Below are positions 56,852-64,000 of a DNA stretch of 64,000 nt, piece after piece; within the stretch, counting starts at the first letter, position 1, and the number at the start of each line of letters is the position of its first letter. Below the pieces are notes generated by a model. The model saw only the letters and a program-made list of their open reading frames with translations, was not told the origin of the DNA and ran no database searches. Origin of the DNA: Alphaproteobacteria bacterium (GTDB lineage: Bacteria > Pseudomonadota > Alphaproteobacteria > UBA8366). Location of the stretch: contig OZ245851.1 in assembly GCA_965228975.1 (NCBI GenBank), positions 2,933,953 to 2,997,952 of the forward strand. Direction: 5' to 3'. A program made the position numbers and the translations under genes.

Positions 56852-58039
56852 TTGAACCGGATGACAGATACCGACAGTTGGGAACTGTCCGAAGAACTTA
56901 CCATGCTGAAGGATACGGTTCGGCGCTTCATGACGAATGACGTGCAGCCGGTCGAGGACCGAGTCCCGCACGATACGTTCGAGTTGCCGCCGGACCTGCT
57001 GAAACCGCTGCAAAGTAAGGCGCGCGACCTCGGCTTGTGGTGCATCCGGACGCCCAGTGAATACGGCGGCGCCGGACTCGATTTGATGGGACAGATCGTG
57101 GTCAGCGAGGAAGCCGCGAAATGCCGGATGGGCGCCTATGTGCCCGCCTGCGGCGCCTTCGGATCCGATCCGCCGAACGTGATCTTCAAGGGAACGCAAG
57201 ACCAGATCGAGCGGTTTGCCCTTCCCGCCATCGAAACCGGCGAGAAGCCCTTCACCGCCATAACGGAAGCCGGCGGCGGTTCGGACCCCCGACGGTCGAT
57301 CCGCACACGCGCGGTGCGCCAGGGCGACCGCTATATCGTCAATGGCACCAAGATGTACATTACCGGCGCCGGACAAGCGCGCTGGGGTATCCTCTACGCC
57401 CGAACCGAGATGGAAGACGGCCGCGACGGCATCACGTGTTTCGTTGTGGAAACCGACAAACCGGGATACGAGGCCCGGCCAATTCCCGTCATTCGCTCGT
57501 ATTCGCCCTACGAACTCGTCTTCGAGGATTACGAAATCCCGGTCGAGAACCGTATCGGCGAGGAAGGCCAAGGATTCGCCCTGGCCGAGCATTGGCTTGT
57601 GCAAGGCCGCCTGCCCTATGCCGCCGGCGTCATCGGCATTGCCCAGGCCGCGCTCGATATGGCCATAGACTGGGCCAAACAGCGCGAGACCTTCCGCAGC
57701 CCGCTCGCGGACAAGCAGGCCATCCAATGGATGATCGCCGATTCCGAGGTAGAACTGCGCGCCGCCCGGCTGCTGACCTATCAAGCGGCCTGGCGCGGGG
57801 AACTCGGCCATGACATCAAGGTAGACGCTTCGATCGCCAAGCTCTACTCGACGGAAACCGCCGGCCGGGTGATCGACCGCTGCGTCCAGATCTTCGGCAG
57901 TCTCGGCGTCTCAAACGAATTGCCGCTGGAGCGGTGGTATCGCGAACTTCGCATCAAACGTATCGGCGAAGGCCCGTCGGAGGTCCACCGGATGGTGATC
58001 GCCCGGGATTTGCTGCACCAAAAAAGAGGGAGGAACTGA
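56852..58039 (+). CDS. acyl-CoA dehydrogenase
   Basis: 395 aa with ACAD layout and C-terminus YRELRIKRIGEGPSEVHRMVIARDLL. Confidence 0.9.
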   Translation: MNRMTDTDSWELSEELTMLKDTVRRFMTNDVQPVEDRVPHDTFELPPDLLKPLQSKARDLGLWCIRTPSEYGGAGLDLMGQIVVSEEAAKCRMGAYVPACGAFGSDPPNVIFKGTQDQIERFALPAIETGEKPFTAITEAGGGSDPRRSIRTRAVRQGDRYIVNGTKMYITGAGQARWGILYARTEMEDGRDGITCFVVETDKPGYEARPIPVIRSYSPYELVFEDYEIPVENRIGEEGQGFALAEHWLVQGRLPYAAGVIGIAQAALDMAIDWAKQRETFRSPLADKQAIQWMIADSEVELRAARLLTYQAAWRGELGHDIKVDASIAKLYSTETAGRVIDRCVQIFGSLGVSNELPLERWYRELRIKRIGEGPSEVHRMVIARDLLHQKRGRN

Positions 58040-58044
58040 ACCCC

Positions 58045-59244
58045 ATGGAACAGCGTGCCTATCCGCTGGAAGGAATGACGGTGCTCGATATGGGGCATAT
58101 CTATAACGGTCCGTATGCCGGTTTCCTGCTGGCCATGGCAGGCGCCGATGTCATCAAGATCGAGCCGCTGAAGGGTGAGCACCTACGGCATCGCGGAAAG
58201 GCAAAAAACCATTCCGTCCCGTTCGCCTTGCTCAACTCGAACAAGCGCTGCGTTACCCTGAACCTGAAGGCGCCACGCGGCCGCGAAATCTACCTCGAGA
58301 TGGTCAAAAAGGCGGATGTGGTCCTGGAGAATTTCGCACCCGACGCGATGGACAACATGAACCTGGGTTGGGACGTGCTGAGCGCGACGAACCCGCGGCT
58401 GGTCTATGGCTGCTCCAGCGGCTACGGGCGCAGCGGTCCGCGCCGCGACGACCTGGCGATGGACCTAACGGTGCAGGCGTCATCGGGTGTCATGAGCGTG
58501 ACCGGGACCGAGGACAGCCCGCCGCTGAAAGCCGGCGCCGCGGTCTGCGATTTCTCCGGCGGCGTACATCTGTACGCCGCCATCGTTACGGCGCTTGTCG
58601 AACGCGAACGGACCGGCAAGGGCCGCATGGTCGAAGTCTCGATGCAGGAAGCGATCTTCGCCTCGCTCGCGTCCAATCTCGGGATGTATTACAGCATGGG
58701 CCAAAAAGAGCCTCCGCGTACCGGCAACCAGCACGGCGGCTTGTCGATCTCGCCCTATAACGTGTACCCCACGCGCGACGGCCATGCCGCGATCAACTGC
58801 ACCAATGACGGCCATTTCCACAATCTGCTGCGCGCGATGGGCCGCGAGGACATCAAGGATGATCCCCGCTATGCGACCAATCACGACCGCGCCTTGATCC
58901 TGGAGGAGGTCAACGACCTTGTCAGCGGTTGGACGCAGACGCTCGACAAGGACGACCTGCTCGACATCTCCCGCAAGCACGGTTTCCCCTGCGCCCCAGT
59001 GCGGGGCCTCGACGAGGTGGTCCATGACGAGCATTTACACCAGCGCGGCATGTTGAAATGGATGGATCATCCGGAACTCGGCCGGATCGCCCTGCAGAAC
59101 AGCCCGCTGCGCTTCCACGGCTCGCCCCTGATGCCGATCGAGCCAAGCGCGGATCTTGGGGCCCATAACCGCGAAGTCTTCGGCGAGTGGCTGGGGATCG
59201 CCGACGACGAACTCGACGCCATGAAGCGCGATGGAGTTATTTGA
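58045..59244 (+). CDS. family III (CaiB/BaiF) CoA-transferase
   Basis: ATG 58045 follows GAGGGAGG, 5 nt after the ACAD stop. LEGMTVLDMGHIYNGPYAGFLLAMAGADVIKIEP. Confidence 0.9.
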   Translation: MEQRAYPLEGMTVLDMGHIYNGPYAGFLLAMAGADVIKIEPLKGEHLRHRGKAKNHSVPFALLNSNKRCVTLNLKAPRGREIYLEMVKKADVVLENFAPDAMDNMNLGWDVLSATNPRLVYGCSSGYGRSGPRRDDLAMDLTVQASSGVMSVTGTEDSPPLKAGAAVCDFSGGVHLYAAIVTALVERERTGKGRMVEVSMQEAIFASLASNLGMYYSMGQKEPPRTGNQHGGLSISPYNVYPTRDGHAAINCTNDGHFHNLLRAMGREDIKDDPRYATNHDRALILEEVNDLVSGWTQTLDKDDLLDISRKHGFPCAPVRGLDEVVHDEHLHQRGMLKWMDHPELGRIALQNSPLRFHGSPLMPIEPSADLGAHNREVFGEWLGIADDELDAMKRDGVI

Positions 59245-59246
59245 GT

Positions 59247-60323
59247 ATGTCATCCGCCGCTCTGGCCTCCGGGAACACGATGCCGCCCGGCCCCCTCGCC
59301 GGGCCTGCGGCTTGGTATGGCCGAGATGTCGCAACCGACACGGGTTGGATTTACAAGCTAAACGGAACAGAACTCAGCGATATTGAAACCGCGCTGTCCG
59401 AATTCCAACAGCAGGAGATCGACCTGACGCAGGTAACGCGGGAGACCTTCCGGCTTCCCGCACTCGGTCCGGCCCTGGACGAAATCCGGCACGAACTCTT
59501 GTCCGGGCGTGGCTTCGTCCTGATTCGCGGCGTCCCCATGGAAAGCCGGTCGGTTGCCGACGCCGCCGCAATCTTTTGGGGCTTGGGCAGTTATCTCGGC
59601 AAGGCGGTGTCCCAGAATGGCAAGGGCCATGTCCTAGGGCATGTCCGCGATCTCGGGTATGACGTCGATGATCCCAATGCCCGGGTTTATCAAACCGACC
59701 GGCGGCAATTCTATCATGCCGATTCCTGCGACATCGTCGGGCTCATGTGCCTCAAGAAAGCCAAAAGCGGCGGCCTCAGCAGCATCATCAGTTCTACGAC
59801 CCTGTACAACGAAATGCTGAAACGGGATCCGGACCTCACGGCTGAATTATTCCAACCGTTCAAGGTCGACCGCCGGGGCGAAGTGCCGGCTGGAATGGAC
59901 CCTTATTTCTCGGTTCCCATCATGAATTGGTTCGGAGGGCGGCTGACCTGCTACTACGTTCGCCGTTACATCGAGTCCGCCCAGCGGTTCGAAGACGTGG
60001 CGCCGCTGACGGAACGGCAGATCCAGGCATTAGACCTATTCGACGCGATCTCCGAAGAGGACGAGGTCCATCTCAACATGGATTTCGAGCCAGGGGACCT
60101 GCAGTTTCTGCACAACCATCAAATCCTGCACGACCGGACCGACTACGTGGACTGGGACGAACCCGACCGCAAAAGACATCTACTGCGATTGTGGCTGTGC
60201 CCGCCCGACGGCCGCCCGCTGCCGCCCAGCTTCGCGGCCCGCTACGGCGGCGTCGAGCCCGGCAACCGCGGCGGTATCATGACGCCCGGCGTGCGGCTTC
60301 ACGCACCAATGGCCCCCGCTTAA
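59247..60323 (+). CDS. TauD/TfdA-family Fe(II)/2-oxoglutarate dioxygenase (paralog 3)
   Basis: ATG 59247 lies 2 nt after the CoA-transferase stop. HxD in FYHADSCD, distal HNHQILHDRT, C-terminus RHLLRLWLCPPDGRPLP. Confidence 0.8.
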   Translation: MSSAALASGNTMPPGPLAGPAAWYGRDVATDTGWIYKLNGTELSDIETALSEFQQQEIDLTQVTRETFRLPALGPALDEIRHELLSGRGFVLIRGVPMESRSVADAAAIFWGLGSYLGKAVSQNGKGHVLGHVRDLGYDVDDPNARVYQTDRRQFYHADSCDIVGLMCLKKAKSGGLSSIISSTTLYNEMLKRDPDLTAELFQPFKVDRRGEVPAGMDPYFSVPIMNWFGGRLTCYYVRRYIESAQRFEDVAPLTERQIQALDLFDAISEEDEVHLNMDFEPGDLQFLHNHQILHDRTDYVDWDEPDRKRHLLRLWLCPPDGRPLPPSFAARYGGVEPGNRGGIMTPGVRLHAPMAPA

Positions 60324-60391
60324 CACTTTTAGCATCTTATTCCTCACGAATAATCAATATATTTCAAAGCATTATTTGAATTAAGACGCCA

Positions 60392-60441
60392 TTAGGGGAT
60401 GCTAACACTTCGTTAAGAATTGGGTGCAACGCTCACCCCGC
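60392..60441 (+). repeat. conserved upstream block, copy A (shared with 61258-61307)
   Basis: Ungapped alignment of TTAGGggatgcTAACacttcgTTAAGAattgggTGCaACGCTCaCCC with copy B gives about 35 of 50 identities. A possible -35/-10 is TTAGGG...TAAGAA. Confidence 0.5.
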
Positions 60442-60512
60442 TGACCTGGTGTAGGCCCGCGCGTTGATCACGCGTTGGTGTGGGGTCAGTGCAATGAGGG
60501 AGAGATTGCATC

Positions 60513-61112
60513 ATGCATATTTCGACAGTGGGACGGCCGCCGGTACGGGCGGTCATTGCTGCCGCAGCACTTTTCGCAGCGGCATTCTTCACCCCGGGTC
60601 AAGCCGATGCGAAGGCCGTTAGCGGTATCGAACCGCAAATGAAGGTCGCAACGGTTAACCCGGTGGACGCGGTCCAAGTGGCCGTACTTTCGCCGCGGGA
60701 ACGTCGGCAAGTCCGCCGGCAGTTTCAGCGGGAACGCCGGCAGGCTCGCCGCGATTTTCGTCGGGCAACCCGAGAAGCCGTTCGGGACCGGCGTCAGGCG
60801 GCCAGGAGTGCCGCGCGTGATTTCCGCCGGTCGGTGCGCGACGCGCGCCGCACGTTCCGGGACAACCGGAGAGAGGACCCGCGCGCTGCTCGTCGTGATT
60901 TCCGGGACCAGGTTCGCGACGCGCGCGATCAGTTGCGGAATGCCCGCCAACAGGCACGTGCCCAGTTCCGGGACGCCCGCGGCGAAGCGCGGGATGAGTA
61001 TCGGAGAGCCCGCGACGAAGCCCGCGAACGGCTCCGCGAAGCCCTCAGTGGCGGTGGCGGAGACGGCGGCGATATTGGCGATACCGATCCGCCACCGCGC
61101 AGCGACGACTGA
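60513..61112 (+). CDS. secreted Arg-rich helical-repeat protein, paralog A (unknown family)
   Basis: ATG follows GAGGGAGAG. Signal peptide ...AAAFFTPGQADA, about 115 aa of RDFRR-type repeats, a Gly-rich segment, and C-terminus PPRSDD. Confidence 0.55.
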   Translation: MHISTVGRPPVRAVIAAAALFAAAFFTPGQADAKAVSGIEPQMKVATVNPVDAVQVAVLSPRERRQVRRQFQRERRQARRDFRRATREAVRDRRQAARSAARDFRRSVRDARRTFRDNRREDPRAARRDFRDQVRDARDQLRNARQQARAQFRDARGEARDEYRRARDEARERLREALSGGGGDGGDIGDTDPPPRSDD

Positions 61113-61140
61113 TCCAATCGTCTACTGTTAGACGTGATAG

Positions 61141-61167
61141 ACGGCCGTCTTCGGACGGCCGTTTTTC
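61141..61167 (+). terminator. intrinsic terminator
   Basis: ACGGCCGTC-ttcg-GACGGCCGT followed by TTTTT. Confidence 0.75.
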
Positions 61168-61257
61168 ATTACAAAAACAACCGTGCATGATAATTATGTT
61201 AACCATATCATTTGCTTACAATTCTCCGCACAATTTAGACAAATGTCTTAACGCGCC

Positions 61258-61307
61258 TTAGGAAGATTTAACGCCGCATTAAGATTTGCCTGCCACGCTC
61301 TCCCTAC
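61258..61307 (+). repeat. conserved upstream block, copy B
   Basis: TTAGGaagattTAACgccgcaTTAAGAtttgccTGCcACGCTCtCCC, with the same spacing to the RBS region GAGGGAGAGAnTnCATCATGC as copy A. Confidence 0.5.
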
Positions 61308-61378
61308 AGTCCTTGCGCACGCCGCTATTCCGAGGCTGCGCAATGGGGTGGGACTGCAACAGAGGGAGAGACTCCATC

Positions 61379-61837
61379 ATGCGTTCGAATTTGTTCCACC
61401 TTCCCCGCAAGACCGCCCTGTCCGTAGCGGCAGCGCTGTTCGCGGCGACGATGTTGACGCCCGCTGCGGGGAGCGCCACGGCCATCGACGGAATCAACGC
61501 CGCTCCGTCGGCCGCGCTCAATGCAACGACTATCGAGATCGCCGCAATTTCGCGTAGCGAAGCCCGCAACGCGCGCCGGTCCATTCGGGGCGATTTGCGG
61601 GATAACTGCCGTTCAATCGCTGAGCGGTCGAACCGGCGCGTCTGTTTCCGGGATGCGCATCGCGAGATGCGCAATCTGCGCGGACAAGCGCGCAATATTT
61701 TCCGCGAATGCCGCGCCAGCGGCGGGTCGCGGGCGGATTGCCGCGAGGCGCGCCGGGCATTCTGGCTCGACCAGGCCGGGGGTAGCTCCGGCGGCGGAAA
61801 TGATAGCGGCGGCGCACCGCCGCGAAGCGACGACTAA
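61379..61837 (+). CDS. secreted Arg-rich protein, paralog B (unknown family, 4 Cys)
   Basis: ATG 61379 follows GAGGGAGAG (the ORF starts at 61286). Signal peptide ...ATMLTPAAGSA, an Arg-rich helical region, a Gly/Ser-rich segment, and the identical C-terminus PPRSDD. Confidence 0.55.
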   Translation: MRSNLFHLPRKTALSVAAALFAATMLTPAAGSATAIDGINAAPSAALNATTIEIAAISRSEARNARRSIRGDLRDNCRSIAERSNRRVCFRDAHREMRNLRGQARNIFRECRASGGSRADCREARRAFWLDQAGGSSGGGNDSGGAPPRSDD

Positions 61838-61874
61838 ACGCTTCGCAACGACACTATACGACTTCAGTCGATAG

Positions 61875-61903
61875 AGCGGCCGTCCTTGTGGCGGCCGTTC
61901 TTC
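61875..61903 (+). terminator. terminator-like hairpin related to 61141-61167
   Basis: CGGCCGTC...GGCGGCCG stem sharing the CGGCCGTC core with the upstream terminator. The U-tract is weak. Confidence 0.4.
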
Positions 61904-62043
61904 GATTCCGCGGACGGCGCACAAATTGCCAAGACGCGCGTTCGGTCCACGCCGTTTCTGTCAAAATGGTTTCCCATGGTATCGTGCGGCCCATCGCGCC
62001 CGACGCGATCAGCATGAATCCAATAGCCAGCCGGGAGCCCACC

Positions 62044-62856
62044 ATGAGTTTCGAGTCGCTTACTTACGAGACCCGCGACGGTATCGCCTTTGTCACCCTG
62101 AACAGGCCGGACAAGCGAAACGCGCTGGACATGACCATGCGCGACGAACTCTCCCAGGTCGTATTGGAGATGCGAAACGACAAATCGCTTTTCGCCGCCA
62201 TTATCACGGGCGCCGGCGGCGCGTTCTGCGCGGGCGGCGACCTGCAAGGCCTGTCCGAAGACAAAGCCACACCATCGGAAACCCGTCGCCGCATTCAGAA
62301 TATTTATGTATGGCTGTATGAATTGGTCAGCCTGGAATTGCCGGTGATCACGGCCGTCGACGGCGCGGCCTACGGCGCTGGCATCAATATCGCATTGGCC
62401 GGCGACTTCATCCTGGCCTCGACCCGGGCGCGCTTCTGCCAAGTGTTCGGTCGGATCGGCTTGGTGCCCGACGTGGGCGGGTTCTTCCTGTTGCCGCGCA
62501 TCGTCGGTCTGCAAAAGGCCAAGGAGCTGATCTTCTCCGCCCGCTCCTTCGGTCCCGAAGAGGCCAAGGATCTGGGCATCGTGTACGAGATTTACGAACC
62601 CGGTCAGCTGATGGACGAAGCCATCAAGCTCGCCGAGCGTTTCCGCCATTCGTCACGCGACGCCATCGGCATCTCGAAGAATATTCTGAACCAGTCCTTC
62701 AACCAGGACTTCCGGGGCCTCGGCGAACTCGAAGCATTCGGTCAAGCGGTCGCATATGATTCCCAGTATCATTCGGACGCCGTCGGACGATTTCTCGACA
62801 AGCAGCCGCTTCGGTTCAATTGGGACGAGTCCGGGAAAGCCAGCAAGGGCGACTAG
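62044..62856 (+). CDS. enoyl-CoA hydratase/isomerase (crotonase) family protein
   Basis: ATG 62044 (the ORF starts at 61888). IAFVTLNRPDKRNALD, ITGAGGAFCAGGDL and VDGAAYGAGINIALAGD. Confidence 0.9.
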   Translation: MSFESLTYETRDGIAFVTLNRPDKRNALDMTMRDELSQVVLEMRNDKSLFAAIITGAGGAFCAGGDLQGLSEDKATPSETRRRIQNIYVWLYELVSLELPVITAVDGAAYGAGINIALAGDFILASTRARFCQVFGRIGLVPDVGGFFLLPRIVGLQKAKELIFSARSFGPEEAKDLGIVYEIYEPGQLMDEAIKLAERFRHSSRDAIGISKNILNQSFNQDFRGLGELEAFGQAVAYDSQYHSDAVGRFLDKQPLRFNWDESGKASKGD

Positions 62857-62870
62857 AGGCAACGCCATCC

Positions 62871-63941
62871 TCAACGCGGCGTCAGCGGCGCATTCAGCAC
62901 CGTATCGGGACCAACGATTCCGCCGGGCCAATCCACGGCGCCCGGCTCCCCGTGACGAGCGAAGTAGGCTTCCGGCAAGGGCCGGCTTCCCTTGTTCTTG
63001 AGCCATAGCCGCAGCAGGTGCCGGCGATGCGCAGGGTCCGGGTCATCATCGAACGCCTGACGCGTGTGCATGATGACGTAGTTATTGAGGAACTGCATAT
63101 CGCCCGGCTCGAAAGCGATGTCGAGCCGCTGCTCCGCCGCGATCTCCTGCACCAGGGTGAGCGCTTCCTTCTGTTCGGGAGTCATGTCGGGAATTCCGTC
63201 CAGCCGATGGGCCGATCCCATGTAGGTCGGTTCGATGCTGGTGCTCAGATATCCCTGATGATAGTGGAACACGGCCAAGCTGTACCAAGGCGGCATACCG
63301 GACGGCACTTCGTCGCGCCGGTCGCGGTAATAGGGTTGGGCGAGCACCCGCACCAAATCGGGCCGACGCTTGAGCATCTCGTTGTGGACGGTCACCGAAC
63401 TGGCAAGGCTGCTTTCGCCACCAGACCGCGCCGTGTGCAGACACAGCAGCCCGACGATATCGCAACAGTCGACATGATACGGGATCGTATCGCTGGAATA
63501 CGGTCCGCGCTGGCTCCGGTTGCGGACGGTCTCGCCGATATCGGTGATATGGCCGAGCACATGACCCTTCTTGTTCTGAGAGAAGACACCGTCACCGAGG
63601 TGTGCGCCGATGCCCCAGAAAGCGATGGCCGACTGTTCGTCGGTATATCGGTCAACCGGAAAACCGCGGATCTGCACAAATCCTCGCCCATCCGTAATCT
63701 CTGCCCGAATTGCGCGCAGGTCATCCGCCAAGGTCGCCAGCGGGAACCGGTCGCGGTTGATTTCCATGATCGGCGTGGCTCGATCCTGCAGCGCCCTGAC
63801 GGCCGAATCCAATTCCGCCACATGCGTCGGCTCGAGATGAAACAGGTACTCGCCGCTCGCCGCCATGTCCGATGCGATCCATCCTGCCGGATCCCGGACG
63901 GGCTCGAATGGCTTAGCGGGTTGGTGTTTGCGCTGTGTCAT
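62871..63941 (-). CDS. TauD/TfdA-family Fe(II)/2-oxoglutarate dioxygenase (paralog 4)
   Basis: ATG 63941 (the ORF runs to 63998). HxD in PYHVDCCD, distal NNYVIMHTRQ, C-terminus RHLLRLWLKNKGSRPLP. Confidence 0.8.
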   Translation of the reverse strand: MTQRKHQPAKPFEPVRDPAGWIASDMAASGEYLFHLEPTHVAELDSAVRALQDRATPIMEINRDRFPLATLADDLRAIRAEITDGRGFVQIRGFPVDRYTDEQSAIAFWGIGAHLGDGVFSQNKKGHVLGHITDIGETVRNRSQRGPYSSDTIPYHVDCCDIVGLLCLHTARSGGESSLASSVTVHNEMLKRRPDLVRVLAQPYYRDRRDEVPSGMPPWYSLAVFHYHQGYLSTSIEPTYMGSAHRLDGIPDMTPEQKEALTLVQEIAAEQRLDIAFEPGDMQFLNNYVIMHTRQAFDDDPDPAHRRHLLRLWLKNKGSRPLPEAYFARHGEPGAVDWPGGIVGPDTVLNAPLTPR

Positions 63942-64000
63942 GGCCAGTTCGCCTCTACGGTTGCAAAGGACAGGGTAGGACTGTTGGTCACGGATCACAC

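Noticed and set aside
1-64000. Mobile elements, CRISPR arrays, and defence or prophage genes
   Set aside because: No transposase, integrase, phage-like gene or Cas gene, no regularly spaced repeats, and no flanking inverted or direct repeats were found. The only compositional anomalies are the AT-rich islet at ~37 kb, the kinase gene at ~30-32 kb, and the AT-rich spacers around 60.3-61.3 kb.

Overview
GC-rich bacterial chromosomal segment. The gene content looks alphaproteobacterial: ALA synthase hemA, xseB-ispA, znuA/zur-znuCB, sorAB with an ECF sigma/anti-sigma pair, and many acyl-CoA enzymes. I call about 60 protein genes, tightly packed, often with 1-8 nt overlaps. I found no rRNA, tRNA, CRISPR, transposase or integrase. 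Most long ORFs in the track that lie antisense to, or out of frame with, recognisable genes are high-GC shadow ORFs and are not called. The main observations are: (1) A Bcp-type peroxiredoxin (12199-12645) has an in-frame TGA exactly at the peroxidatic-Cys position, followed by a SECIS-like hairpin, so it is a candidate selenoprotein that the ORF track splits. (2) A duplicated promoter-gene-terminator cassette (60.4-61.9 kb) encodes two secreted, extremely Arg-rich repeat proteins that share a PPRSDD C-terminus and match no family I recognise. (3) Four paralogous TauD/TfdA-type Fe(II)/2-oxoglutarate oxygenases are embedded in two catabolic clusters: UbiD-UbiX-TauD-dienelactone hydrolase, and racemase-like/acyl-CoA dehydrogenase/CoA-transferase/TauD. 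(4) A DUF35 protein is paired with a thiolase-like protein that lacks the nucleophilic Cys (Ltp2-aldolase-like). (5) An AT-rich islet holds a perfect palindrome and a small secreted protein gene. (6) Regulatory sites are readable from sequence: twin Zur boxes, a FixK/FNR-type box, and an ECF-type promoter before sorAB. All functional calls rest on motif recognition by eye, with no database search.
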